Position numbers and translations under genes: made by a program
Assembly: GCA_934234055.1 (NCBI GenBank)
Contig: CAKQGY010000004.1
Location: 44,631 to 108,630 of the forward strand
Length of the DNA stretch: 64,000 nt
Direction: 5' to 3'
Origin: an uncultured Alphaproteobacteria bacterium
GTDB lineage: Bacteria > Pseudomonadota > Alphaproteobacteria > CAAHEQ01 > UBA3637
Notes under the pieces: generated by a model
What the model was told of the DNA's origin: nothing
What the model saw: the letters and a program-made list of their open reading frames with translations, nothing else
Databases searched by the model: none
In this document: piece after piece, positions 1-9,726 of the stretch
How the letters are laid out: each line of letters starts with the position of its first letter
Position numbering within the stretch: the stretch's first letter is position 1

Positions 1-274
1 CCAAGGCTTGCGGATACAGGTTCTTGACCGCTTGAGCCAGCACATGCGCCGCCGTATGACGCAGGATCGCCAGGGCTTCCGGCATTTTTGTTGTGATGAT
101 TGAAACCGTTGCGTTTGTTGTAATCGGAGTGTTCAGGTCCGTCATTGTTCCGTTCACTTGGGCGGCTACAGCATTCTTGGCCAACCCGTCGCTGATTTTT
201 TGCGCAATTTGTAGGCCCGACACCGGCGAATCAAACTGCATTTTTGCCCCATCGGGCAGCGTTATTTCAATCAT
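1..274 (-). CDS. thrS: threonyl-tRNA synthetase, N-terminal fragment (gene runs off window start)
   Basis: Hand translation of minus strand from ATG at 274: MIEITLPDGAKMQFDSPVSGLQIAQKISDGLAKNAVAAQVNGTMTDL...ILRHTAAHVLAQAVKNLYPQ. This is a TGS-domain N-terminus typical of ThrRS. Absent from the ORF track because it is truncated. Confidence 0.75.
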   Translation of the reverse strand, partial: MIEITLPDGAKMQFDSPVSGLQIAQKISDGLAKNAVAAQVNGTMTDLNTPITTNATVSIITTKMPEALAILRHTAAHVLAQAVKNLYPQAL

Positions 275-290
275 AGTATAATCCTTTTGT

Positions 291-324
291 TAAAAAATAA
301 ACCGACCCAAACAACGGGCCGGTT
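291..324 (-). terminator. intrinsic terminator after 362..1561
   Basis: On the minus strand, hairpin ACCGGCCC-loop-GGGTCGGT is followed by TTATTTTTT, about 38 nt past the stop codon. Confidence 0.5.
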
Positions 325-361
325 CGCATTATAGACCATTTTCGGTTAAAAGTCAAAGACT

Positions 362-1561
362 TTATGCGCGCTCATAGTCAAAATCATTCAAGCGTTGTTG
401 CATAAGCAAAGTTTGCGCTTCCTGATGCCGGATTTTTCGCCGATTATATTTCAGGTTTTTGACTTTCTTTAATTTTGTCACGTGTCCCAAATCCACGGTC
501 GGCGACACATAGGCCGTCAATGGGATCGGCAGTTCAAAGTAAATATCTTTATCTTTAAACTTGCGTGCTTTCAAATGCGGATTTTCGCGTAAAAAGTTTT
601 TTAACGGTAATTCAATCGCTTTGTTAAACCGCAGATGCACTTCCGGTGCCACCAAGCACAAGTTTGTCAGGGTGTTTTTACCTCCAAATTCCAACGGCAA
701 AATATGGTGGTATTCAAAGTGCAACCTCTTGGGATATTGCCCCATACGGAACATAATGCCGCGTTCTTTGGCACTCAGTTTTTTTAACAGTGAGGCATCC
801 CGACGGCACACTTTTGTCTTTAATTTCAAATCGTCATTAAACTCTTGTCGCGCATTTGGTTCGGGATCGTCCAGCTGAACTGTCCATACGGGGCAACAAA
901 CAAAGGGATGACTTTTCATTCTCACGATAACCGCTTGACCTTTTTCTTCTATATCAAAGTATGTTTGTGATTTCAAGATTTCTTTTCGGTGCTCGGTGCG
1001 TCGACATTCACCTTGGTTGCTGGCGATAAACTTGTCCCACGCTTCCAAGTCCAAAAACCGCGGAAATTGAGGCAATTGCATTGTGATTGTCTGATATTTT
1101 CCGGTGGCCATGGCTGCGTCCATTTGCTGCTTTAACGGCACCCAAATCCGATGCAGCATTTCGTATCGAGCAAAGTTATGCACCAGGTGCACATTCTTCA
1201 TTTCTTCGGCACCCCCCAGATCCAACGGCACAATCCACGAGCATCCGAACAGGTCGCTTTCCAATTCTCCCATATGTCCGTTTCGGATCATTTCGGCAAT
1301 TTCCGGCTTTCCGCAACGACTGACGATATTATGATTAACCAAGTGCGTCAGCATCTTGGCTTTTTCGTCTTTGGATACAAACCGATGCGAGGTGGGCTTG
1401 GGCTCATAGCGTAAAAAAAGAGGGCGTTGCTTTTCGCAAAACTGCCCCACCACATGGAACACCAGGTTCTTTCCGTGATCATACGATTTGAAAAAAAGCG
1501 GTTCACAACTGTTTGCGCTTCGTTCTTCGTGCAATTTTTGCACATAGCTGAAATCTGCCAT
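362..1561 (-). CDS. hypothetical protein with two degenerate HNH-like boxes
   Basis: 399-aa ORF. C-terminal box HFEYHHILPLEFGGKNTLTNLCLVAPEVHLRFN resembles an HNH nuclease motif. An internal paralogous box, SWIVPLDLGGAEEMKNVHLVHNFARYEMLH, lacks the first His. Confidence 0.55.
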   Translation of the reverse strand: MADFSYVQKLHEERSANSCEPLFFKSYDHGKNLVFHVVGQFCEKQRPLFLRYEPKPTSHRFVSKDEKAKMLTHLVNHNIVSRCGKPEIAEMIRNGHMGELESDLFGCSWIVPLDLGGAEEMKNVHLVHNFARYEMLHRIWVPLKQQMDAAMATGKYQTITMQLPQFPRFLDLEAWDKFIASNQGECRRTEHRKEILKSQTYFDIEEKGQAVIVRMKSHPFVCCPVWTVQLDDPEPNARQEFNDDLKLKTKVCRRDASLLKKLSAKERGIMFRMGQYPKRLHFEYHHILPLEFGGKNTLTNLCLVAPEVHLRFNKAIELPLKNFLRENPHLKARKFKDKDIYFELPIPLTAYVSPTVDLGHVTKLKKVKNLKYNRRKIRHQEAQTLLMQQRLNDFDYERA

Positions 1562-1799
1562 AGGCCCTCCGAAATAAGTGATGTCTTTATTTTAACGCGA
1601 AAGGAGTTAAATGTCAATAAAAAAGTATGACAAAAATACAATATGCTGAAAATAAATAATAATTTTGCATAAAAACGATTTAAAAAGATTGATTTGCGAA
1701 AATAATTTTTCGCACCCTATATGTTTTTTCGGTTCAAGTGTATTTTTTTCTTTTCATTTTGGAAAAAATTGAGTAAGATAAGAAAAAAGGATTGTCAAT

Positions 1800-2096
1800 A
1801 TGAGAGAACCGATATTAAAAGCTGTTGCCATGCCGCCCAAAGTTTTCTGGGCGCCGATGTTGCCGATGGTGGTCAATTTCTCTATTCAGATGGCCATCAT
1901 GGTAATGTTGCAGGGGGCTGCGCCGGGGACGGTGAACCCGCTGATGTTTATTTTTACATTTTTGATTGTGCATGTGATATTGATTATCTATGGTGTGCGT
2001 GAGCCGCATATGTCCAAGATTATGCAATCCCAAGGCCCGTTTATCAAGATGTATTATAATGTTTATCGGGCCCGCGGTAAAAAATTGGCGTCCTAG
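1800..2096 (+). CDS. virB3: type IV secretion protein VirB3-like
   Basis: 98-aa two-TM protein (ILKAVAMPPKVFWAPMLPMVVNF...HVILIIYGVREPHM), immediately upstream of virB4, which is the canonical order. Confidence 0.75.
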   Translation: MREPILKAVAMPPKVFWAPMLPMVVNFSIQMAIMVMLQGAAPGTVNPLMFIFTFLIVHVILIIYGVREPHMSKIMQSQGPFIKMYYNVYRARGKKLAS

Positions 2097-2114
2097 GGGT
2101 GAAAGGGTTAGCGT

Positions 2115-4547
2115 ATGGAAGATAGTTTATTTTATATGCTTTGGCAGACGGCCGGTGCGCCTTCCACATGGTTGTTGGTGATCGGTATTGTGGCGGCAAT
2201 GTTGATTGCCTCTACATTTGTGTCCAAGCTGGGCGATCGGATTTTGCCGCGTCCCAAGGAATCGCGCGTGGCCGACTTTTTACCGTTCAGTCGCTTGGAC
2301 GAAGACGGCGCCACCATTCACCTGCGCAATAATGCGTTGGCGCGTGTATTGGAAGTGGAGGGGGCCGATACCACTTTGGTTTTACCCGAAGAGCGTGCCG
2401 CTTTTGCCGCCGCGCGCAAACAGTGGATCGATTCACTGGCCGAGGTTGAGGTTGTCGCGCGTGTCATTACCATTCGCGAGCGGGTGCCTCTGTCCGAAAA
2501 AGAGGCTTTCCGTAACGAGCCGTTATTAAAGGCTATTTCCATTCGCTGGCTGGACAGTCTGCATCGGATTTTTAAGAATCGGCATTATATTATTTTATCG
2601 GTGAACGATCGCAAAAATGCGCTTAAAGATTTGGATCAGGCCACCAACGCCACGACAACGATTTTGGATATGTATCACCCGGTTGTGATTTCCGAAAAGA
2701 CGCCCGAGCGCAATAATGACAAAAGCCCGTTTTGGGTCTTTGCACATTTGATGAGCCCTGTCACACGCCCCAAGCCGATGATTCACGGTGAAAACGGTCA
2801 AACGTTGAATGACCTGATCACGGCCGATTACATCCATTTTACCAAGGACGAGGGGATTATCCGTTTCTTTTCGGGCGACAAGGAAAAGCTCGGTATTGTG
2901 ATGAGTATCCGCAAACCCGGTGATTTTATGGACGAGCAAATGATTGCCGACATTATGTCCATTGATTGCGAACTCAACATTTTGCATAATGTCAAGGCGA
3001 TTCCCACCACCAAGGCTAATATGCTTTTGATTCAACAGCGTAAAATGGCCTATTTAACCACTTTTTCTCAGAATGTGTATAACCAATACACCACCGCCTT
3101 GGAATGGATGGATCAATCCGATGCTGATGGCCAGACCTTGAATGAATACGCCATGACGGTGTTTATTTTCGGCGACAGCAAAGAAGAACTCAAATTCGGC
3201 CAAGAGGAGGTTGAAAAGATTTGCCGCATTCACAATGTGACACCGGTGCGCGACGGCTGGTCGGCACAGGCATCTTTCTTTGCTCAACTTCCCACTTACG
3301 AGGTTTATCCCCGCACATTCCTGTATTTATCGCGGGTGGTGGCTTGTGCCATTTGTGTGGATCGCACGGCCGAGGGGCGTCAAAAATCTGACTGGGGTCC
3401 GGTGCCTTTGTCATATTTCCGGACCATTACCGGCACGCCGTATGCGTTCCAGTTCCATGTGTCCGAGGACGCCTATGCCGTGGCTCACACCGCGCTGATC
3501 GGTCCCACGGGGCAGGGGAAAACAACATTTTTCTCGTTTATGGCGGGTCAGTCGCTGCGTATTCCGGATTTGAATGTCTATTTCTTTGACCGGAACAACG
3601 GTGCCAAAGTTTTTGCGCGTATGCAGGGTGCTCCGTATGTCAAGTTTGACGGTGGTGCGGATTCGGTGTCGCTCAACCCGTTTGCCATTCCGGACAGCCC
3701 CGACAATCGCGCGTTTTTGCGCACTTGGTTGCGGGACATTACCGGGGGCACCGATGCTGTTTCCGAGCAGGAAATTGCCCGGGCTGTTACGACTTCTTTT
3801 GAGTATTTAAAACCCAAAGAACGCCTGCTTAAAAATCTGTATAAAAGCTGTTTTTCCAACGGCGGGTTTATGCGGCGCGAGTTGTTGCGCTGGATTGATG
3901 ACGAGCAATACGGCCGTGTTTTTAACTCTCCGGACGATAATTTGGACTTGGAGTCGCGCTATATGGGCTTTGACTTTACCACCATTTTCCAAGATGCTAC
4001 GCTTGCTCCCGCGGTGATCAGTTATGTGATGCACCGGATTCACACACTGGCCACGCAAAAGGGCACGCCGACCATGATTATGATTGACGAAACCGCCCCG
4101 ATGTTAGAGCACCCGATGTTTAAGGATCAGTTCATCGTCGGTCTGCGCGAAGGGCGTAAAAAGCGGCAGGCTTTCCTTTGCGCATTCCAGCAGCCCAAGT
4201 TTTTGGACGACCACGGCCTGGGCGATGTGATTCGGGGTCAATGTCAGACAGTTGTGTTCTTCCGCAATCCGCAGGCCAATCCTGCCGATTATGCGTCATG
4301 GAATCTGTCGCCCCGTGAAATGAATTTTGTAATGGGTAAAGAGTTCACCGACCACAAATACGCTATTTTGGTCAGTCGGCCGGCCATTCACGAGTCAGTC
4401 ATTTTGGACATTGACTTATCCGGTTTGGGTCCGTATTTGAAGGTTTACTCTTCCGGTAATAAAAACGTTTTGCTGGCTGATCAGCTGGCCGCACAGTTGG
4501 GCGATACGGATGCGCTGGTTCAGGCGTATTTGCAGCGTGCCCCCTAG
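2115..4547 (+). CDS. virB4: type IV secretion ATPase VirB4/TrbE family
   Basis: 810 aa. Walker A LIGPTGQGKTTF, Walker B TMIMIDE. Size and position after virB3 fit. Confidence 0.9.
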   Translation: MEDSLFYMLWQTAGAPSTWLLVIGIVAAMLIASTFVSKLGDRILPRPKESRVADFLPFSRLDEDGATIHLRNNALARVLEVEGADTTLVLPEERAAFAAARKQWIDSLAEVEVVARVITIRERVPLSEKEAFRNEPLLKAISIRWLDSLHRIFKNRHYIILSVNDRKNALKDLDQATNATTTILDMYHPVVISEKTPERNNDKSPFWVFAHLMSPVTRPKPMIHGENGQTLNDLITADYIHFTKDEGIIRFFSGDKEKLGIVMSIRKPGDFMDEQMIADIMSIDCELNILHNVKAIPTTKANMLLIQQRKMAYLTTFSQNVYNQYTTALEWMDQSDADGQTLNEYAMTVFIFGDSKEELKFGQEEVEKICRIHNVTPVRDGWSAQASFFAQLPTYEVYPRTFLYLSRVVACAICVDRTAEGRQKSDWGPVPLSYFRTITGTPYAFQFHVSEDAYAVAHTALIGPTGQGKTTFFSFMAGQSLRIPDLNVYFFDRNNGAKVFARMQGAPYVKFDGGADSVSLNPFAIPDSPDNRAFLRTWLRDITGGTDAVSEQEIARAVTTSFEYLKPKERLLKNLYKSCFSNGGFMRRELLRWIDDEQYGRVFNSPDDNLDLESRYMGFDFTTIFQDATLAPAVISYVMHRIHTLATQKGTPTMIMIDETAPMLEHPMFKDQFIVGLREGRKKRQAFLCAFQQPKFLDDHGLGDVIRGQCQTVVFFRNPQANPADYASWNLSPREMNFVMGKEFTDHKYAILVSRPAIHESVILDIDLSGLGPYLKVYSSGNKNVLLADQLAAQLGDTDALVQAYLQRAP

Positions 4548-4568
4548 GATAACAGAAAAGGAAATATT

Positions 4569-5117
4569 ATGCACCCTTGGCATCAAGTTGCTTTATACCC
4601 CGAAAATCCGGACATTATTCCGGCGATTATTGAGGTTCCCAAAGGCTCTCAAATCAAATACGAACTGGACAAAGCCAGCGGCCTTGTCAAAGTAGATCGG
4701 ATTTTATACAGTGCCGTTCACTATCCGGCCAATTACGGCTTTATTCCTCAGACCTACTGCGCGGATAATGATCCGCTGGATGTTTTGGTTTTGGGGCAGG
4801 AAAGTGTTGCACCGCTGTCCATTATGCGGGCTCGTCCCATCGGCGTGATGAAGATGATTGACGGCGGAGTCGCTGATGATAAAATTATCGCCATTCACGA
4901 AGACGACCCCCAATACAACTGCTATCACCATATTGATGAATTGCCGCCACACACCTTGCGCACGCTGCAACGTTTTTTTGAGGATTACAAAATTTTAGAG
5001 CAAAAGCAAGTCAAAATCGAATCGTTCCTGGGTCCCGACAAAGCCAAGGAAATTATCAAAAAAGCCCTTGCTTTTTATCAAAAGAATAAAGAACATTTAA
5101 CGGGGTATCAACCATGA
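4569..5117 (+). CDS. ppa: inorganic pyrophosphatase
   Basis: 182 aa. [19 protein letters not shown]...[11 protein letters not shown]...DPLDVLVL matches family I PPase signatures. Confidence 0.9.
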   Translation: MHPWHQVALYPENPDIIPAIIEVPKGSQIKYELDKASGLVKVDRILYSAVHYPANYGFIPQTYCADNDPLDVLVLGQESVAPLSIMRARPIGVMKMIDGGVADDKIIAIHEDDPQYNCYHHIDELPPHTLRTLQRFFEDYKILEQKQVKIESFLGPDKAKEIIKKALAFYQKNKEHLTGYQP

Positions 5118-5551
5118 GTTTTGAATTAAGCGCGGGTCTGGCCCGTAAGGATTTTGTCTGTGATTTACCGTTTTGTCGGGTCTTGCTTGAAGATAATGCC
5201 GATTTTCCGTGGATTATTCTGGTCCCGCGCAAGGCCGATACGAAAAATATGTGTGCCCTCACAACGGACGAACGCCTGACATTGATGCGTGAAATAGAGG
5301 TCTGCGAAAAAGCCATGGTAGAGTTATTTCACCCGACCCAAACAAATGTAGCGATGATCGGGTGCAAGACGGTTCAACTGCATGTCCATATTATTTGCCG
5401 ATACAAGGGCGATATGTATTGGCCCGATACGATTTGGGACCGGCCTTCGCGCACTTATATTTCGCTGATTAAGGATGCGACCATTGAAAAAATTAAAAAG
5501 GAGATTCAAAACCAATGTCAAAAGTTGCAGTACTCATTCCGACCCGTTTGA
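5114..5551 (+). CDS. HIT-family protein
   Basis: 145 aa. PWIILVPR...QLHVHIICR is a histidine-triad-like motif. Start overlaps the ppa stop (ATGA). Confidence 0.6.
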   Translation: MSFELSAGLARKDFVCDLPFCRVLLEDNADFPWIILVPRKADTKNMCALTTDERLTLMREIEVCEKAMVELFHPTQTNVAMIGCKTVQLHVHIICRYKGDMYWPDTIWDRPSRTYISLIKDATIEKIKKEIQNQCQKLQYSFRPV

Positions 5552-6288
5552 AGTCCACGCGCCTGCCGAACAAGCCGTTGGCCATGATCAATGGCAAGCC
5601 GTTGATTCAGCATGTTTACGAGCACGCCATTGCGGTTCACCCTGCGGCCGATGTGTATATTGCGTCGGGTGATGCCGAGATTTTAGAGGCTGCTCAATCT
5701 TTCCATGCGCAGTGTATTTTAACGGATCCCTCCCTGCCGTCCGGCACGGATCGGATTGCGGCCGCGTTGCAGCAAATTGATCCCAACGGCACAAAATACG
5801 ACATCGTTGTCAATTTTCAGGGCGACGGAATTAATGTTGACCCGCGCCTCAATTTACAATTGGTGGACATTATGGAACGCTCCGGTGCCGATATGGTGAC
5901 GGTTGGTATTAAAATCACCGATGCAGGCGCCATTCAAAACCCCAACTATGTCAAGATTGCCATGGGCCTGCGCGAGGGAGAGACTTTTGGTCGCGCGCTT
6001 TATTTTTCGCGTTCACCTGTGCCGTATAATCGTGACGGCGTGCCCGCGTATGATTTTGCATATTGGCACATTGGGATTTATGTGTATCGGGCTTCGGCCT
6101 TACAGCGGTTTGTATCGGCTCCGGTCGGTGTTTTAGAGCGAACGGAAAAGTTAGAGCAGCTGCGTGCGCTGGAAAACGGGATGAGTATTTATGCGCTGAT
6201 TGTTCCCGGCATCAAGCTGATTGACGCTGCGCCGGCCGACATCAACACCCCCGAGGAACTGGTGGAAGCTCAAAAATATATGCGCTGA
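5515..6288 (+). CDS. kdsB: 3-deoxy-manno-octulosonate cytidylyltransferase (CMP-KDO synthetase)
   Basis: 257 aa. N-terminus [31 protein letters not shown] is typical of KdsB. AGGAG RBS. Confidence 0.85.
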   Translation: MSKVAVLIPTRLKSTRLPNKPLAMINGKPLIQHVYEHAIAVHPAADVYIASGDAEILEAAQSFHAQCILTDPSLPSGTDRIAAALQQIDPNGTKYDIVVNFQGDGINVDPRLNLQLVDIMERSGADMVTVGIKITDAGAIQNPNYVKIAMGLREGETFGRALYFSRSPVPYNRDGVPAYDFAYWHIGIYVYRASALQRFVSAPVGVLERTEKLEQLRALENGMSIYALIVPGIKLIDAAPADINTPEELVEAQKYMR

Positions 6289-6299
6289 TCAGAAAAAAC

Positions 6300-6328
6300 T
6301 TGACAAATTATCCTTTTCGCGGTATTCT
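6300..6328 (+). promoter_or_regulatory. sigma70-type promoter for 6353..7742
   Basis: TTGACA (6300-6305), 17-nt spacer, TATTCT (6323-6328), about 25 nt upstream of the ATG at 6353. Confidence 0.55.
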
Positions 6329-6352
6329 ATTTCGGAAAGGATCTGTGTTTAT

Positions 6353-6937
6353 ATGTTTCAGAAATTAGCCACCGGTTTATCGCATTTCCATATTTTGCGG
6401 TTTAAGATTCAGGCTTGGCGCGCCGGGTATCAGTTGTTGCGTGCTGCACGTCAGATAGAGCGTGATCGTCGTCAAAGTGAAGGGTCGCCCTTATCAGAGG
6501 CGTATAAAATCGGCATTCACGGTTATTATATCCGCTATGCCGAGCGTATTTTTGATCGATTAGAGGCCTTGGACACCGTGCCTGATAAGGTCGGTAATCT
6601 GCTGGATAATATCAGTATTTCGCCCGAGGAAGTTCAAAAATTTGCTCCTGATTTAACCTTTCATCAAGCCTTGCGCATTCAATATCAGACTCGTCCAAAC
6701 GACTTGTCCGCAGTCCCCGTGGATCAGATGATTGCCGCGGTGTCGTCTATGCACCGTGTGGCGCAAATGGGCTTGACCTATCATTATTTCAAGCAGGAAA
6801 TCGGCCGTTCCAAGTGCCTGCTTTGGCACCCGTCCTATATGCCCGAAATCGGACCGACCATAGCGTTCGTCAAGATAGCCCGTCATCTTCAAGTCAAACA
6901 TTATACGGTGCAGTCGCCTCAAAATATACATAGTTAA
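6353..6937 (+). CDS. hypothetical protein
   Basis: Internal ATG of track ORF 6221..6937. The longer start would overlap kdsB and precede the promoter. No family recognised. Confidence 0.6.
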   Translation: MFQKLATGLSHFHILRFKIQAWRAGYQLLRAARQIERDRRQSEGSPLSEAYKIGIHGYYIRYAERIFDRLEALDTVPDKVGNLLDNISISPEEVQKFAPDLTFHQALRIQYQTRPNDLSAVPVDQMIAAVSSMHRVAQMGLTYHYFKQEIGRSKCLLWHPSYMPEIGPTIAFVKIARHLQVKHYTVQSPQNIHS

Positions 6938-6947
6938 AGGAGATTTT

Positions 6948-7742
6948 ATGGAACATACCTTTTTCCACATCAGTGCCAACGCTGATTTTGCTTCTGTTTT
7001 TTTGAATACCGGCGCGTGCAGTATTGGCCACGGGCAGGGGGGACAGTCTGACGGTTTTTATGTCTGGACGAATCGTAAGGCTGCTTACAAGCATATTATT
7101 TTCAAAAATCGGACGACATTATTCAAACCGAACAGTGATTTTCAGGATGGCACCGGCTTGATTGTGGGAATAACCGTTCCTGTTGCGACGATAAAATACC
7201 CCACTTGGCAGTTGGATTTAGAGTCGGTTTCAGGTCTGGAAGAATTGTGGTATAAGCATCATGCTTTTTTGAACAAAGCGGCTCATAATTTGCGTGTTCC
7301 GCTGAATGCCGATCAAAGTGAGAACGGCAAGTTCACGTATCTGACGGGTCTTTCTTGCTCCTTTTGTGCCGGAGAAGATTGCTGCCCCGTTATTTGGGTA
7401 GAGCGTCAGCATTACACGGGAGGCTATGGGATTAAAAAGGTGCGGTTGGGCTATTTTGAAAACACGGTGCATAACAGTGGAATCAGCCAGATTATTACAG
7501 ATTTTTTCTGTCAAAACAATCATGCTTTTGTGCGTGATTATAATGCGTTAATGCAGTCCAAATTAAAAACCTCTGCCGGTGCGGCTTTGAAATATACGGG
7601 TAGGGAGACATTGCCGATTTCATCATTAGATCGTATCAAAATTATTGATCACGCTTCATTTACATATCAGTCGCTTTATCCTCATCAAGGTCGGACACAC
7701 AAACTCCTTGTTTTTATGAATAATCAAAATCAGCATCAATAA
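6948..7742 (+). CDS. hypothetical protein (Cys-rich central segment CSFCAGEDCC)
   Basis: 264-aa ORF with AAGGAG RBS. No family recognised. Confidence 0.65.
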   Translation: MEHTFFHISANADFASVFLNTGACSIGHGQGGQSDGFYVWTNRKAAYKHIIFKNRTTLFKPNSDFQDGTGLIVGITVPVATIKYPTWQLDLESVSGLEELWYKHHAFLNKAAHNLRVPLNADQSENGKFTYLTGLSCSFCAGEDCCPVIWVERQHYTGGYGIKKVRLGYFENTVHNSGISQIITDFFCQNNHAFVRDYNALMQSKLKTSAGAALKYTGRETLPISSLDRIKIIDHASFTYQSLYPHQGRTHKLLVFMNNQNQHQ

Positions 7743-7802
7743 AAGATTGCATTTTTGAAAAATGTCGTGTAGACTCTGTTCATATTTTATTGAAAGGGAT
7801 CT

Positions 7803-9047
7803 ATGTTTTCTCGGACAGAAAGATTATTGGCATTTCGTTATTTAAAGTCGCGCAAGCGCACCGGTTTTGTGTCGGTGATTGCGGGTTTTTCCTTTTTAGG
7901 GATTATGCTGGGAGTAGCCACCCTGATTATTGTGATGAGCGTTATGAATGGTTTTCGGGCCGAGTTGATGGGGCGCGTATTGGGTCTGAACGGCCAACTG
8001 GGCGTGTATCCCGAATGGGGAGATGTATTGCCCGATTATCAAAAAAACGCAGCTGCCGTATTGACGCTCCCGAACATTGAGTCGGTTGTCCCCGTCGTTG
8101 ATGCCCAGGTGATGATTACCGCCCATGATACCAGCACCGGCATTATGGTTCGCGGTATGAGCCCCGGGGATTTTGCAGCGCGTCCGATTTTAATGGATCA
8201 TTACAAGGGGCTGCCCTTTACCGAATTCGTCCATCGCCAAGTTATCTTGGGCTATCGTTTGGCGCGACGTCTGGGTGTGCGTGCCGGAGACGAGGTAATG
8301 CTGGTTTCGCCCAAAGGCAACATCACGGCATTCGGCACAATTCCCAAGATGAAAAGCTATACCGTTATTGGCACTTTTGATACGGCGATGTTTCAATATG
8401 ACGATAATTATTTGTTTATGCCCCTGGCCGAGGCTCAATCGTTCTTCAAAATGCCCGACGCCGTTTCGCATTTGGAAGTTTTTGTGCGTGATTCTAAACA
8501 ACTGGATAACACCATTCGCCAGGCATTTGATGTCATTACCCCTGACTCTGTCGTTTATGATTGGCGCCACACGAACCAAGCCTTTTTCAACGCCATAGAG
8601 GTAGAGCGCAATGTGATGTTTTTGATTTTAACGCTGATTATTTTGGTCGCGGCATTTAATATGATTTCGGGTTTGATTATGCTGGTTCAGGATAAAACAA
8701 AAGACATTGCGGTGTTGCGCACGATGGGTTTGTCGCGCGGCGGAGTTCAGCGGGTATTTTTAATGGCTGGTTTGATGGTCGGTATGGTTGGCACGGCGGC
8801 GGGAGTTGCTTTGGGTTTGGCGTTCAGCTATAACATTGACGCGATAAAGGGCTGGCTGGAAAGCCTGTCGGGTCAAGAGCTCTTTTCGGCCGAGATTTAC
8901 TTCCTGTCCCATTTGCCGGCGCAGGTTGATTTGAACGAGGTGTGTGTCGTCGCGGGTATGTCGCTGGCATTGGCGTTATTAGCCACCCTTTACCCGTCGT
9001 GGAAAGCCGGCCGCACCGATCCGGTGGAGGCATTGCGCTATGAATAA
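7803..9047 (+). CDS. lipoprotein-releasing system permease LolC/LolE family
   Basis: 414 aa. N-terminus AFRYLKSRKRTGFVSVI, FtsX-type C-terminal TM bundle, ends DPVEALRYE. Followed by lolD. Confidence 0.85.
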   Translation: MFSRTERLLAFRYLKSRKRTGFVSVIAGFSFLGIMLGVATLIIVMSVMNGFRAELMGRVLGLNGQLGVYPEWGDVLPDYQKNAAAVLTLPNIESVVPVVDAQVMITAHDTSTGIMVRGMSPGDFAARPILMDHYKGLPFTEFVHRQVILGYRLARRLGVRAGDEVMLVSPKGNITAFGTIPKMKSYTVIGTFDTAMFQYDDNYLFMPLAEAQSFFKMPDAVSHLEVFVRDSKQLDNTIRQAFDVITPDSVVYDWRHTNQAFFNAIEVERNVMFLILTLIILVAAFNMISGLIMLVQDKTKDIAVLRTMGLSRGGVQRVFLMAGLMVGMVGTAAGVALGLAFSYNIDAIKGWLESLSGQELFSAEIYFLSHLPAQVDLNEVCVVAGMSLALALLATLYPSWKAGRTDPVEALRYE

Positions 9048-9723
9048 GATCCCCGTGTTGCAATTAGATAAAATCGAACGCATTTATGGCAAAGGCCCGA
9101 CAGCATTACCTGTTTTACGTGGTATAGATCTGTCCGTTCATGCCGGTGAAGTTGTGGCATTGGTTGGACCATCGGGTTCGGGCAAGTCCACGCTGCTGCA
9201 TATTGCGGGATTGCTGGATACACCTACGCGCGGCCATATTTTTGTTCAGGGGCAAAATGCCACCCGGCTGGGCGACAACGGTCGCACGCGCCTGCGTCAA
9301 CGGACGATGGGTTTTGTGTATCAATCGCATTTGTTGCTGCCCGATTTTTCGGCGCTGGAAAATGTGATGCTACCCCAATTGATTGCGGGCACATCGTTTT
9401 CATCGGCCCGCACCCGTGCCTTGGAATTGCTGGAACAGGTCGGTCTTAAAAATCGAGCCGGCCATCGTCCCGGTGCTCTGTCGGGTGGTGAGCAACAGCG
9501 CGTTGCGATTGCCCGGGCACTTGCGAATCGTCCGGCACTGCTGCTGGCGGACGAGCCGACCGGCAATTTGGATCCGCAAACAGCCGCCAAAGCCTTTACG
9601 CTTTTGATGACCTTAGTGCGTCAGACGGATCTCTCGGCGTTGATTGCAACCCATAATCCCGAATTGGCTGCCCAAATGGATCGGCGTGTCAGCGTTCAAG
9701 ACGGTCTGCTTGTCGAGGTTTAA
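9040..9723 (+). CDS. lolD: lipoprotein-releasing system ATP-binding protein
   Basis: 227 aa. Walker [10 protein letters not shown], signature [15 protein letters not shown], Walker [10 protein letters not shown]. Overlaps the permease gene end. Confidence 0.9.
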   Translation: MNKIPVLQLDKIERIYGKGPTALPVLRGIDLSVHAGEVVALVGPSGSGKSTLLHIAGLLDTPTRGHIFVQGQNATRLGDNGRTRLRQRTMGFVYQSHLLLPDFSALENVMLPQLIAGTSFSSARTRALELLEQVGLKNRAGHRPGALSGGEQQRVAIARALANRPALLLADEPTGNLDPQTAAKAFTLLMTLVRQTDLSALIATHNPELAAQMDRRVSVQDGLLVEV

Positions 9724-9726
9724 TCG

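Noticed and set aside
6221-6352. Extended start of ORF 6221..6937 overlapping the kdsB end
   Set aside because: A consensus promoter (6300-6328) lies inside the extension, so the ATG at 6353 downstream of it is the plausible start.
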